Of a stretch of 64,000 nucleotides of DNA, positions 52,372-64,000 are shown piece by piece; the stretch's first letter is position 1, and each line of letters starts with the position of its first letter. Source of the DNA: Eledone cirrhosa (lineage: Eukaryota); contig OZ024741.1 of the NCBI GenBank assembly GCA_964016885.1, forward strand, positions 403,558,001 through 403,622,000, given 5' to 3'. The position numbers and the translations under genes were made by a program. The notes under the pieces were generated by a model, which was not told the origin of the DNA, did no database searches, and was given only the letters and a program-made list of their open reading frames with translations.

Positions 52372-52680
52372 GGAGGCACGTGGGCTAGTGGTAAACGTGT
52401 TGGACTTACGATCATAATGTCGTGGGTTAGATTCCTGGACTGGGTTGTGTGTTGTGTTCTTGAGCAAAACACTTCATTTCACGTTTCAGTATATTCAATC
52501 AGTATACTTCATTTCAGTATACTCTGCTGAAAATGAGTACCAGTAATAACTGGGGTTTTAACCTTACGATGGACTAGCGTCCTTTCTAGGGAAAGTCTTA
52601 TACTCTCTGTCACTTCACGCCACGGAAACTGGGAGAAGCACCTGTCTGATGAGCCGCCGAACTCGAGACAGACTTTAGAC
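52372..52680 (+). mobile_element. Full-length CORE-type tRNA SINE
   Basis: A box TGGGCTAGTGGT, B box GGTTAGATTCC, core GTGTTCTTGAGCAAAACACTT, LINE-like tail GATGGACTAGCGTCC..CTCGAGACAGACTTTAGAC. Confidence 0.85.
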
Positions 52681-52687
52681 CATTAGA

Positions 52688-53123
52688 AATTAGCAGAACC
52701 GGTAGAGCGCTGGACAAAACGTTTCGCTGTATTCAGCTACGACTTTCTATCTTGTGAGTTCAAATCCCACGGTCAACTTTAGTTTTTTTTTATCCTTGTG
52801 AGATCGACAAAATAATGTCCCAGTTAGGTGCCAATGTTCGAAAGAATTTAGAGTTACTAAAAATAGTTTTTTTTTTAGCTTAAACATTAATTGTAACACG
52901 AATTAAAAGTTATATGTAAAATCTAAACTATAATAAAGTAAGGACTGCATCCAGAATATATATTTTTTTATCCCGTTTGTAAAATAAGTTGGATTACTTT
53001 GAATAAATAATTGTTTCTACTTTAGGCACAAGGCCAGCAATTACCCAGTGCATTACTGGTACTTTATTTTATCAACCCCGTAAGGATGAAAGGCAAAATC
53101 AACCTCGGCGGGATTTGAACTCA
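52688..53123. mobile_element. Two Deu/Nin-like SINEs (+ at 52688-52830, - at 53008-53123)
   Basis: B box and core motifs as in the other copies. Confidence 0.75.
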
Positions 53124-54309
53124 ATAAATGAATATTACATAATTTATCTACTAAATTTCGTGGCTTCATTAAATATATTTTATTACTTATTTAAAAATTC
53201 ACTTCTTTAAAATTTTCAAATGTCAACACTTCCGGTTAGCGATCGCTTAAATAAACATTCATATATTTTCATCACTAATTTTCTCCTAATGCAGTTTATA
53301 TATAATATCGTCTTTTTTAAATGTATCATGGATTACGTTACTGATTACATAAGACAGTGTAACGCAGTCTTCTTTCAATTTCTGTATATATTGTCAATTA
53401 CGATGTTATTTGATGTATCATATCTACATGCATATAATATAAATATGCACACCATACATGCTAGCAGAAAAATCACCACGAAGGGTGGTTTTTCTGCTAG
53501 TATGATTTAATATTATAGAGTCTGTACTGCGTACGTTTATTGGTAAAACATTGTACGTAAATAAGAAAGTTCTTTAAGGCAGGTGAAAAGATTCTTTAAT
53601 GATGAGATCATGTCACACTGACATATTGACTGGGGGCTAAAGGTAAAACTCTAGCTGTGGACAGAAACGTGCTTCGAAGTGGCTCAAATTACACCATGTG
53701 AGGTTAGATTTTGAGCTTTCTCCCACGTTCGTGTTTACTTGTCACGTGATGTGCCACGATTAAAATTTGTGATTTAAATCTGGAGGACGGGACCAAGAAA
53801 GTTTAAATGTCAAGTTGAAAAAGAGAATTAAATTATATCAATTTTCTCTTTCCCTCTCTTTCTTCCCCTCTTTCCACTTCTCTCTCTTTCCCTCTCCCTC
53901 TCCTCTTTACCTTTCTTTCTCTTACTTTCTTTCTCTTCTCATCCCCCTCTCTCTCTCTCCCTTTTCTCTCTCTTAGTCTCTCCCCTCTCCCATCCTCTCC
54001 ACCTCTCTCTGTGTATATGTGTGTGTGTGCGTGGACACGGCAGTTGTAATTTACAAGACGTACGAATATTATTATATTAGAATGCCGTATTTAAAACACG
54101 TTTCTTTCCTTAATCTCAAATGTCGAAACCCATTTCAAATATATTTCCTTTCATTTAAAGATCAACTTCCGCCAGTGGAACTCACAAATAAATACGGTTA
54201 TGTGAAGATGTTAGCGATGTAGAATGTTAGGAAACTTATCTAGTGAGTCAAGGCTGAGTCAAACATTCACTTCATCATTCAACCAGTTTAATTTGTCTTT
54301 TTATTTTTA

Positions 54310-54928
54310 AATATTAGCTAAATATGTTTTATTAATAAAAAAAATAATCGTAAACAAATCTATTTCAAATAACAACGACACTACACTATTGAAGAACGAA
54401 AGGCTAGGCAAGGGCTCTGTCTTCTATAAAACTACAAATATCTCTCATAGTCCTAAGTCTATCATAGATTTATTAAAATAGTTTCATTGGAGATACAACT
54501 TTCTACCGTAGTCTCCAGCTGCAAGCAAACACAACTTTGGAATAGAGTAATAAGCCTGAGCTTCTTTGAAAAAAACTATAGTAGGCGAAAAATAAATAGT
54601 GATGCAGAGGAATACAAGAGCACGAACTCATAAACAAACTATCACATGCATACACATATCTATGAAAAGATACTTCAGTACAACTGACTCATAAATGACA
54701 AGTCAGTCAATCATATTGGTGGCCTCCCCACAGCCCCGGCGGACAGAATAGAGAAGGCGTTTCTCCGGATGACGGCAAGGGAGACGCGCTGGAAAAGCCA
54801 TTCCAGCTCACGAGACTCACACCTGTGGCTGGCCAGCTCAGCGCTTATGGTGGTGAGTAGGGAGGTAGCCCTAGGACCACGAACACCAGAAGTCACCACT
54901 GCCAAGGGTACAACCACAAACCTGTCGG
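54310..54928 (-). mobile_element. 3' end of a CRE-like RLE retrotransposon
   Basis: 54711-54928 encodes DRFVVVPLAVVTSGVRGPRATSLL..ELEWLFQRVSLAVIRRNAFSILSAG; 54310-54420 matches the 3' UTR at 20580-20700. Confidence 0.7.
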
Positions 54929-55026
54929 AAAAATATGGAACGCTTCACGAATTTGTGTGTCATCCTTGTGCAGGAGCCATGCTAATCTTCTCTATATCGT
55001 TCCAATTTTAGAATATGTACTGCCGA
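54929..55026 (-). pseudogene. RNU6: U6 snRNA retrocopy
   Basis: Minus strand: TCGGCAGTACATATTCTAAAATTGGAACGATATAGAGAAGATTAGCATGGCTCCTGCACAAGGATGACACACAAATTCGTGAAGCGTTCCATATTTTT. The first ~9 nt are missing and the ACAGAGA box reads ATAGAGA. Confidence 0.95.
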
Positions 55027-55091
55027 TGACATACTATCATAGATAGTATTCGGTTTAATGACATTTGACATGCGATAGAAGTACAGTTGAC

Positions 55092-56445
55092 GGTGCTGAA
55101 ATGGCACAGTGGTTAGAACGTCAGATGTTTTGTGGTATTTTGTGGTAGAGTGGGTAGAACGTCAGATGTTTTGTGGTATTTTGTGGTATTTTGTGGTAGA
55201 GTGGTTAGAACGTCAGATATTTTGTGGTATTTTGTGGTAGAGTGGTTAGAACGTCAGATGTTTTGTGGTATGTTGTGGTAGAGTGGTTAGAACGTCAGGT
55301 GTGTTGTGGTATTTTGTGGTAGAGTGGTTAGAACGTCAGATGTTTTGTGGTATTTTGTGGTAGAGTGGTTAGAACGTCAGATGTTTTGTGGTAGAGTGGT
55401 TAGAACGTCAGGTGTTTTGTGGTTTTCTGTGGTAGAGTGGTTAGAACGTCAGATGTTTTGTGGTATTTTGTGGTAGAGTGGTTAGAACGTCAGATATTTT
55501 GTGGTAGAGTGGTTAGAACGTCAGATGTTTTGTGGTATTTTGTGGTAGAGTGGTTAGAACGTCAGGTATTTTGTGGTATTTTGTGGTAGAGTGGTTAGAA
55601 CATCAGATGTTTTGTCGTATTTTGTGGTAAAGTGGTTAGAACGTCAGATGTTTTGTGGTATTTTGTGGTAGGGTAGTTAGAACGTCAGATGTTTGGTGGT
55701 ATTTTGTGGTAGAGTGGTTAGAACGTCAGGTGTTTTGTGGTATTTTGTGGTAGAGTGGTTAGAACGTCAGATGTTTTGTGGTATTTTGTGGTAGAGTGGT
55801 TAGAACGTCAGATGTTTTGGGGTAGAGTGGTTAGAACGTCAGATATTTTGTGGTAGGGTAGTTAGAACGTCAGGTGTTTTGTGGTATTTTGTGGTATTTT
55901 GTGGTAGAGAGGTTAGAACGTCAGGTGTTTTGTGGTATTTTGTGGTAGACTGGTTAGAACGTCAGGTGTTTTGTGGTATTTTGTGGTAGAGTGGTTAGAA
56001 CGTCAGGTGTTTTGTGGTATTTTGTGGTAGAGAGGTTAGAACGTCAGGTATTTTGTGGTATTTTGTGGTAGAGAGGTTAGAACGTCAGGTGTTTTGTGGT
56101 ATTTTGTGGTAGAGTGGTTAGAACGTCAGGTGTTTTGTGGTATTTTGTGGTAGAGTGGTTAGAACGTCAGGTGTCTTGTGGTATTTTGTGGTAGAGTGGT
56201 TAGAACGTCAGGTATTTTGTGGTATTTTGTGGTAGAGAGGTTAGAACGTCAGGTGTTTTGTGGTATTTTGTGGTAGAGTGGTTAGAACGTCAGGTATTTT
56301 GTGGTATTTTGTGGTAGAGTGGTTAGAACGTCAGATAATTTGTGGTATTTGTTGCAGGCTTTAGTTCAAATCCTGCTGCGATCAACTCCACCTTTTATCC
56401 TTTCGAGGGCGATGAAAAAGTACCAGTCTAGTACTGCGGTCGATT
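55092..56445 (+). mobile_element. Deu/Nin-like SINE expanded between its A and B boxes
   Basis: A box TGGCACAGTGG at 55102-55112; B box GTTCAAATCC at 56364-56373, followed by the core ..GATGAAAAAGTACCAG. Confidence 0.75.
55102..56350. repeat. 41-bp satellite (TGGTAGAGTGGTTAGAACGTCAGATGTTTTGTGGTATTTTG), ~30 units
   Basis: Period 55748 to 55789; 30- and 52-bp variants differ by an 11-bp subrepeat. Confidence 0.97.
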
Positions 56446-56542
56446 CTTCCTCTATATCTTTTACTCACTTCCATGGATGTTTACCTGTAAATATTTGGAA
56501 TATATTCATTTGGTTTTGTTATTCTTCAATTCCTGGAATAAT

Positions 56543-56720
56543 AATTGTTTAAACTTTTGGCACAAGGCCAGCAATTATCCCAGTACATTACCGGTACTTT
56601 ATTTTATCGACCCCGTAAGGATGAAAGGCAAATTAACCTCGGTGGGATTTGAACTCAGTCCGTAAAGGGACGTAACTATGCTTCAAAGCATGGCGTCCGA
56701 CCCTCTACCGATACTGCCAA
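56543..56720 (-). mobile_element. Full-length Deu/Nin-like SINE
   Basis: Reverse complement of 22672-22853; AATTCCTGGAATAATAAT occurs on both sides (56529 and 56738) as a possible TSD. Confidence 0.9.
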
Positions 56721-57048
56721 TCAACCACCCTTTCTGGAATTCCTGGAATAATAATGGTACCTTCCCATCAAATTACCAAATTAGTTTTACTGTTGAATAT
56801 TTTTATTATTATTTTATTGGTTTCATTCTTTTAACTGTGGCGATGCTGCGCACCTTCTTTAAGAGTTTTTGTCAATAATGTCAATCGAACTACTTTGATT
56901 GATACTAATTCTATCGATCTCTATTAATAAAATATGTATTTTGGTAATATTAGAAAAACTGAAATATGTAACACAACAGTTTCCTTGTCCAGGAAGAAAG
57001 ACTTCAATGTCTTTATTAGTTTTTTTTTATGGCTTTTTATTCTTGTAC

Positions 57049-57363
57049 ATTTTGTCTCATTTATGTTAGTATAATACTGATATAACTGAATAGGAGTTTT
57101 ATACAAAATAACAAATATCACAAATAGGGGTTTTATACAAAAAAAATATATTACAAATAGGGGTTTTATACAAACGGACAAATATCACAAATATTGAATT
57201 TATGTATAAGAATAAATAGCACAAATAACGGTTTTATATATAAGAACGCCCTATATGTGATATTTGTTATTATGTGTGAATCACCTATCTGTGATATTTG
57301 TTCTTTTGTATAAAAGTCCTATTCAGTTATATCAGTATTATACTAACATAAATGAGACAAAAT
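57049..57363. repeat. ~80-bp inverted repeat with ~155-bp spacer
   Basis: ATTTTGTCTCATTTATGTTAGTATAATACTGATATAACTGAATAGGA.. and its reverse complement at 57285-57363. Confidence 0.9.
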
Positions 57364-58255
57364 CTTAGCTATGCAGACGATCTGGCCACCATGAGTTACT
57401 CTAGAACTGATCTGCAAGACTTTCTGAATGTACTAGCCAAACATTCGCTGGAGGCTGGCTTACACATCAACATCTCCAAAACAAAGTGTATGACAACTGA
57501 TAAAAACAATGCCAGTCTCCAGCTCACAATCTACAACCAGCAAATTGCTCAAGTTATCTCGGTCACAAACTATCATTAAACAGCAATGGGATGGTTGCTG
57601 CGCAGTATTACATCGCTCTAGGTTGGGCAGCTTTCAACAAGAACAAGGAAGTACTAACATCAAAAACGAGTTTCTTATCATTTGAAGGTTAAGATCTTTG
57701 ATACTTACATCCTACCAGTTGTGTTATATGGTCTTGACTGTGTTAATTGGACGACAAGGTCACTTCAGAGGCTCTCTACATTCCAGAACCACATCATGAG
57801 ATTTATGAATGGCAAGTGGCTCAGCGACCATATCTGTATCAATGAGCTGCTCAACATTACCAGACTTAGACCCATTACATCAATTGTCAAGTCAAGAGAA
57901 CTCAAACTATACAGTCATATAAAATGATTAACTCGTGGTGTGAATAGGTTATGTCTGGAAGGAAGGTTGGCTGGTAAGAGAAGCAGAGGCCGGCAGCCAA
58001 AACGATGGCTTGACAATGACAACCTATGGACTGGACTTGATCTTTGCTCTTTGAACTCTGCTGTTGGTGATCGAAAGGTATTATATATTCCTGGAAAGAA
58101 GGTTGGTTGGTAAGAGAAGCAGAGGCCGGCAGCCAAAACGAGGGCTTGACAATGTCAACTTATCTCTTTAAACTCTGCTGCTGGTGACCAAACTTTGTGG
58201 AGAGAGATATCACATGTTATTGAGCAGTCTACAACTGGTGGAGTTTAGCGTCACA
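57362..58255 (+). mobile_element. 5'-truncated RTE-like LINE, decayed
   Basis: LSYADDLA, GLHINISKTKCM, YILPVVLYGLDC, GKRSRGRQPKRWLD; short internal duplication at 58093-58160. Confidence 0.85.
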
Positions 58256-59019
58256 AGAAAAATATAAGAACAAATAGCACAGATGTGAGTTTTATCATAG
58301 TACTAAATAGCACAGATAAGGGTTTTATACATAATGAAAAATAGTAAAAAGTTACAAATTTATATTATGATCTATTTTAAAGAACTGCATCAAAGAACTC
58401 TCCTATTTACGAACAATGTTTTACCAATAAACGCAAGCAGTCTCTAACATTAAACCATTTATTTTTACATATAGCCTCTAATTTATGGTAGAATTAATAT
58501 TAATATAAAAAATGATGTAGTCATGTGCGGAAATGGTAAAAAATATCTTATAAAATAGGGTGAAGACCATTACAAGGCGGTATCTGGGAGGTATGAGGTT
58601 CGATTCCTCATAGTGGCCAATGGCAACTTTGTCCATTTTTTACGTGTCTTCACCCTATATTTATAGCATCTCCGTGCATGGGCATACCACACTTTATATT
58701 AACTGTATATTATCAGCACTTAGAATCTGTGAGATCGGCTACATATCTGCTTTGTTACAATTAATATTTGACCCCCCCCCCCCTCCCCCCCCAAAAAAAA
58801 AAAAAAAAAATTAGACTAAATTATTTATAACATTGGCACATAACTGGTACATTATTTTATGAATCTCAGAAGGATAAAAAAAAGTAAAGTTGATCTCAGC
58901 GGAACCGTGGATCAGACAGTCGATCGACTTTCGTTTTATCGGACCGAGGAAACAATGTTTCCGTTGGTCTTTCCAATTGCTAATACTCTCCATCGGTCGG
59001 TCGCAATTCCAGATAGAAG

Positions 59020-59137
59020 GATCATTGTGAAATAAAGTGTCTTGCTCAAGGACATAACGCATCGACCGGTCCGGGGATCGAACGCACAAGCTCACGATTG
59101 CGAATCCAATTCTCTAACCACTCAGCCACGCGCCTTC
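59020..59137 (-). mobile_element. CORE-type SINE head
   Basis: AAAGTGTCTTGCTCAAGG..GGGATCGAAC..CTCTAACCACTCAGCCACGCGCCTTC. Confidence 0.85.
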
Positions 59138-59289
59138 GAAACAGAACACAGAAAGTCGTAAATAAATAATACAAAGCGCTTTCCCGGCGCTCTACCGATA
59201 TTTCTAACTTACTACCTCTCTATTAGTATTTTTATTTCCATATCAACTGCCAACTCACTGTAATAACTCGAAATAACAGCAATTCGGAT

Positions 59290-59470
59290 GTCATCAGCCG
59301 CTCTCTGATAGGTTTGTGGTTGAGTTTGTGACAGTGGAGACTTCCAGCGTTCTTGGCCCCCAGACTATCGGAGCGGAGTTGGTTACCCGTAAGAACAAGT
59401 GGAGTAGTTGTTCTAGCCTGTCCCCCTCACCCTCCCCGGGGCAATGTTTTCTTCATTCTCTCCACTGAGA
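59290..59470 (+). mobile_element. Decayed CRE-like ORF C-terminus
   Basis: LSDRFVVEFVTVETSSVLGPQ..CGGGGCAATG, homologous to 54711-54928. Confidence 0.55.
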
Positions 59471-59599
59471 CCACTGGACGGACTGGAACTTAAGTTACAT
59501 TTATGGTGGTGGCATGTGGAATAGGTTTACTTTCATAAGCAGGAGTAGGTTGAGAAACGAAACATATACACTTCACTTCTACTTCTTCTTCTTCTTCAT

Positions 59600-59690
59600 C
59601 GTCATGTAAAACCCCTGCCGTCATGTAAAACCCCCGTCTTGTAATGTCTCATTTTTGTACGCCCCTGTGGCAAATAAAGAAAGATATCTC
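59600..59690 (+). mobile_element. Tx1-type 3' terminus remnant
   Basis: CATGTAAAACCCCCG..GCCCCTGTGGCAAATAAAGAAAG resembles the 3' ends of copies A-E. Confidence 0.55.
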
Positions 59691-60162
59691 ATAATATATT
59701 TGTACATCAAAATATACATTAATCTGAAAGAAGCACACTTTCAACAATAGAAACAATACTGTCTATATTATACCAACCTGCTTGACCTGAAACTAAATCT
59801 GACTTTATCATGCCAAATTTCTTCTGTTTATGTTTAACTTAAAAACCATTCCAGCTTGTTTCCTCTGTGTAACTTGTCATGTACATTAAACCCGACAATT
59901 GAATTAGCTATATTTTCCTCTGTTAAACCTTCAAATGCTCTTCTATACTCATGTTAAGTTTGACGTAACTTAGATTTATTTCTTATTAAAAAGACATTAA
60001 ATGTTGTTCACTCATAAAATCTCTTTATACGTGAATATCTTATTTTCGTAAAGAAAAAAAAAAAGAAAAGAAAATAAATTACCCTGCATCTGGCTGCCAT
60101 TTCTAGCAGACGACCGTTTATTGTTTTAAAGTAATATGGTCGTTATCATATGAACAGAAAAT

Positions 60163-60376
60163 AGGATTGGCAGCATCGGTAGAGCGTCGGACACCATGCT
60201 TCGCGGTACAGATTTACGGCACTTTACGTTCTGAGGGTAAATTCCACCGAGGTTAACTTTGCTTTTCATCCTTACGGGATCGATAAAATAAAGTACCAGT
60301 AATATATTGAGGTCGATTTAATCTACTTTCCCCTCCCCCAAAATTGTCGGCCTTGTGTCTAAATCAGAAACCATTA
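60163..60376 (+). mobile_element. Full-length Deu/Nin-like SINE
   Basis: A box, core and tail are all present. Confidence 0.88.
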
Positions 60377-60452
60377 TGTGAACAGACAATAGTGATAACT
60401 GCAACGAAAAAGTCTCAACAGGAAATTTCATGAATACATCAGAGAGAAAGGA

Positions 60453-60506
<54 letters not shown>

Positions 60507-60870
60507 TGGGGGGGGGGGGGTAAGAGAGAGGGAAAGAGAAAGGGAGAGAGAGAGATAAATAGAGGGAGAGAGATAGTGAGGAAGAGAAATAGAGAGAGCG
60601 CACGCGCGAGAGAGAGTGTGAGGGGAGAGTGAGAGACGGGGAGAGAGAGCGATAGAGAGAGGGGGAGAGAGAAAGGGGGAGGAGGATGGTACATCACAAA
60701 CATTCCTATCACATAACCTTTTTATCGTCGTTAAAACTAATGTTTCTGACGTAATATTTAGAAAGAAAATAGTAAGCTCTTTATTTCCCCATCGTTAAAC
60801 TTCTAAACTCCTCCATTAACGTGGGTTAAATTGCTGAACTACTCAAGGATTATATTGTCCAAAGGTTTTT

Positions 60871-61540
60871 GGAATAGTTCAGCAGTTTAACGATAGGATG
60901 GTAAGAGAGTCTCAGGAGAGCTGGACAGTAAAAGGTCTTGAGAGAAGAAAACCCACTCAAGCGAGTGTCTCTTCTCTGAAGATCTGCTCTGGTCCAGTTT
61001 TCTTGAGAGTTTCTTTGGAGAAGAAACCACCAACACTCGCTTAAGGGTTTATTTTTCTCTGAAGGCCTTCTGCTGTCCAGCTCGCCTGAGAGTTTCTTAG
61101 AGAACACTCCCAACACTAGCTTGAGGGCAGAGTCTTCCCTGAAAACCTACCGCTGTCCAGCTCTTCTGGGAGTTTTTTCATGAAGAAACCGCCGACACTC
61201 GCTTGAAGGCAGAGTCTTCCCTGAAGGCCTTCTGCTGTCCAGCTCTCCTGAGAGTTTCTTAGAGAACAAACTCCCAACACTGCTTGAGGGCAGAGTCTTC
61301 CCTGAAAACCTACCGCTGTCCAGCTCTTCTGGGAGTTTCTTCATGAAGAAACCCCCGACACTCGCTTGAAGGCAGAGTCTTCCCTGAAGACCTTCTGTTG
61401 TCCAGCTCCCCTGAGAGTTTCTTAGAGAACAAACTCCCAACACTCGCTTGAGGGCAGAGTCTTCCCTGAAAACCTTCTGCTGTCTAGCTCACCTGAAAGT
61501 TTCTTACCACCCTATTGTTAAACTACCGAACTACTCCATC
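60871..61540. mobile_element. Foldback/MITE-like unit: ~70-bp inverted ends enclosing ~82-bp tandem repeats
   Basis: 60871-60939 is the imperfect reverse complement of 61470-61538; internal unit starts at about 61120, 61202, 61283, 61364 and 61447. Confidence 0.6.
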
Positions 61541-61679
61541 AATGTGGTGGGTTAAACAGACTTTGAACCATGCAATCGTTGATAGATAAAAAATAAGGAA
61601 TAGTCGGTCATAGCAGGAAGATGTTTGGTTATGCTTTACTTGATCGGAGCTCACCTGGTCGGGTTAAAAAAGCACAATG

Positions 61680-62612
61680 ACATCATCATAATCATCATCA
61701 TAATCATCATTATCATCATCACCATCATTACCATCATCATCACCATTATCATTATCATCGTCATCATCAACATCCTCATCGTCATCATCACCATCCTCAT
61801 CATCATCATCACAATCATCATCACCACCACCATCATCATCGCCATCACCACCACCACCACCACCACCACCACCACCACCACCACCATCACCACCACCACC
61901 GCCACCACCACTACCACCACCACCGCCACCACCATCATCATCACCACCACCATCATCATCATCACCACCAACATCTCCACCACAACCATCATTATATCCT
62001 CCTCACCATTACCATTACCACCATCACCACCACCACCACCACCGCCACCACCACCACCACCACCACCACTACCACCACCACCACCGCCACCGTTACCACC
62101 ACCACTACCACCACCACCGTTAGCACTACCACCACCACCACCGTTAGCACTACCACCACTACCACCACCACCACCACCACCACCACCACCACCACCACCG
62201 TTAGCACCACCACCACCACCACCACCACCACCACCACCACCACCACCACCACCACCACTACCACCATCACCACCACCGCCACCGCCACCACCACCACCAC
62301 CACCACCACCGTTAGCACTACCACCACCACTACCGCCACCACCACCACCACCACCACCACCACCACCACCACCACTACCACCATCACCACCACCACCACC
62401 GCCGCCGCCACCACCACCACCACCACCACCACCGTTAGCACTACCACCACCACTACCACCACCACCACCACCACCACCACCACCACCACCACCACCACCA
62501 CCACCACTACCACCATCACCACCACCACCACCGCCGCCGCCACCACCACCACCACCACCACCACCACCACCACCACCACCACCACCACCACCACCACCAT
62601 CGTTACCAACCA
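61680..62612. repeat. (CAT)n to (CAC)n trinucleotide tract with higher-order blocks
   Basis: Seen directly; GTTAGCAC marks the recurring blocks. Confidence 0.95.
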
Positions 62613-63112
62613 CAATTCGATCGAGACATTGCTCTCGGTTAAAGAATGAATTTTTTTTTCCTGCTGGAAAACAAAAATTTAAGATAAAAATATTTCAGTT
62701 CCTAGAGTTTTCCCAGAACATTTTAATGGAGTTCTTCTTTTGTCACGTTTTTACCATCTAGCTATTAACAAATTCGTGATGTTGATCAAACCTAAAATCT
62801 ACCATGGTAGATTGTTGTTGAGCACTAGGTCGAGTTAGGAATGAGGTAACACATCAATGCTATAGTCTTCTTTTATATCCATTATTTTACTTACAAATGT
62901 CGCTTCTTTTTAAAATGACAGGGATGGGATTTTAATGAAATTCGTTCGCTATTTCTAGCAGGTCTAACGACCACACATATTCCTCGTTGTTCTGATCAGC
63001 GGAGAAATCTCGTGGAGCTTTAAATAACCTCCCGTTTCTCTACTTTAACTCTCTTGGTTATAACCTAATTAGACCACGATTAGCTTTCCTGAATAAAGCT
63101 TTCTATATCTTC

Positions 63113-63300
63113 TTATGGTTTCTGATTTAGGTACAAGCCCAATAACTTTGCGAGATGGGAAAGTCGATTATATCGATCCCAATACGTTACTGGTGCTTCA
63201 TTTTATCGACCCTGTGAGATGAAAGACAGAGATAGTCTCGATGGTATTTGAACTCAGAACGTAAAGGGCCGTTAGTATATCTTGTTAGATACACTAATAT
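63113..63300 (-). mobile_element. Deu/Nin-like SINE, diverged
   Basis: TTTCTGATTTAGGTACAAG..TTTTATCGACCC..ATTTGAACTCAGAACGTAAAG. Confidence 0.75.
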
Positions 63301-64000
63301 CTACCAGCTGTTTTAATCTCTGAATCTATAAGGATATAAATCTATTGTAAGTCTTGCTTGATCATCTTCAAGTGAAGGTTAAAGTTAATGTTTAGGAAAT
63401 CAAAATATACAAAACATACAAAAGAAAAGTTTTAAAAAACATGAAAATAGTGGCCTAGCGTAATTGAAAACCTCCGTCGGTTTCGACGCTGAGTGCACCA
63501 CTGTATTGATCAACGGAACAGACTACTTATGACATTAACTTGCAAATGACAGATCATTCTACAGACATGCTCCCTTAATGTAATTAGCAGGGAGATTCAT
63601 CGTAACACACTAGTGACCAGGCTGGCCTTTTGACTTTCAAGTATTGCCTATTCGATGGGCTTTCGAGCAATTTCCATCAACCCAATTTCACAAAACCTGG
63701 ATCGACCCGGGTCTATGGTAAATGATAGCTATCTAAAATGACAGGCATTGCCAGGGGTAGAACTACTGATCAAAACAAGTGATATATTGCCATACTGAAT
63801 ATATAGGTTACCTATGCCAGTAAAAGACCCCATGATGAATATGAGAACTTTCATGGGACCCACAAGGTAACCTCTTCTTTAGCAGAGAAAGTACTCTTAA
63901 TTACTCTTTCCTCCATTCCAGTATTAGAGGAAAGGGCTCTTTGATCATAACTAACGAATAGTTTCCACCTGGCAAGTTCCACAACAAAGTACTAAGCCTG

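Noticed and set aside
52640-52680. Hammerhead in the SINE tail (CTGATGAG..CTCGAGAC)
   Set aside because: GAGA replaces GAAA, stems are poor, and the homologous tails in the 77-bp array also read GAGAC.
54929-55026. Functional U6 snRNA gene
   Set aside because: The 5' stem is incomplete, the ACAGAGA box is mutated, there are several other substitutions, and it is fused to a LINE.
58570-58620. tRNA gene (GAGGTTCGATTCCTC..GCCA)
   Set aside because: Only a T-arm-like hairpin is present; I could not build a cloverleaf.
61625-62761. Poly-Pro (formin/extensin-like) or poly-Gly ORFs
   Set aside because: This is a trinucleotide microsatellite open in several frames, with no flanking domain or splice evidence.

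Overview
Eukaryotic, AT-rich, repeat-saturated DNA with no recognisable host protein-coding exon. The SINE, LINE and microsatellite repertoire suggests a coleoid cephalopod (Octopus-like); that is my inference, not a database result. Main contents: (1) a cluster of R4/Dong-clade RLE retrotransposons in (AAT)n tracts, 1-6.5 kb; (2) a ~24-bp minisatellite abutting a 9.4-kb, 25-bp satellite; (3) four head-to-tail L1/Tx1-clade retrotransposons at 29-38 kb plus a fifth at 46 kb, all bounded by (GATA)n, one of them nearly intact; (4) a U6 snRNA copy fused to the 3' end of a CRE-like RLE retrotransposon, 54.7-55.0 kb; (5) several satellites that visibly grew out of parts of tRNA-derived SINEs; (6) many SINEs, RTE fragments, bipartite non-autonomous RTEs, mariner/pogo MITEs, palindromes and degenerate minimal hammerhead motifs. 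The best novelty candidates are the apparently (GATA)n-specific Tx1 family, the U6-CRE chimera and SINE-seeded satellite birth. Coordinates were read by eye and boundaries are approximate.
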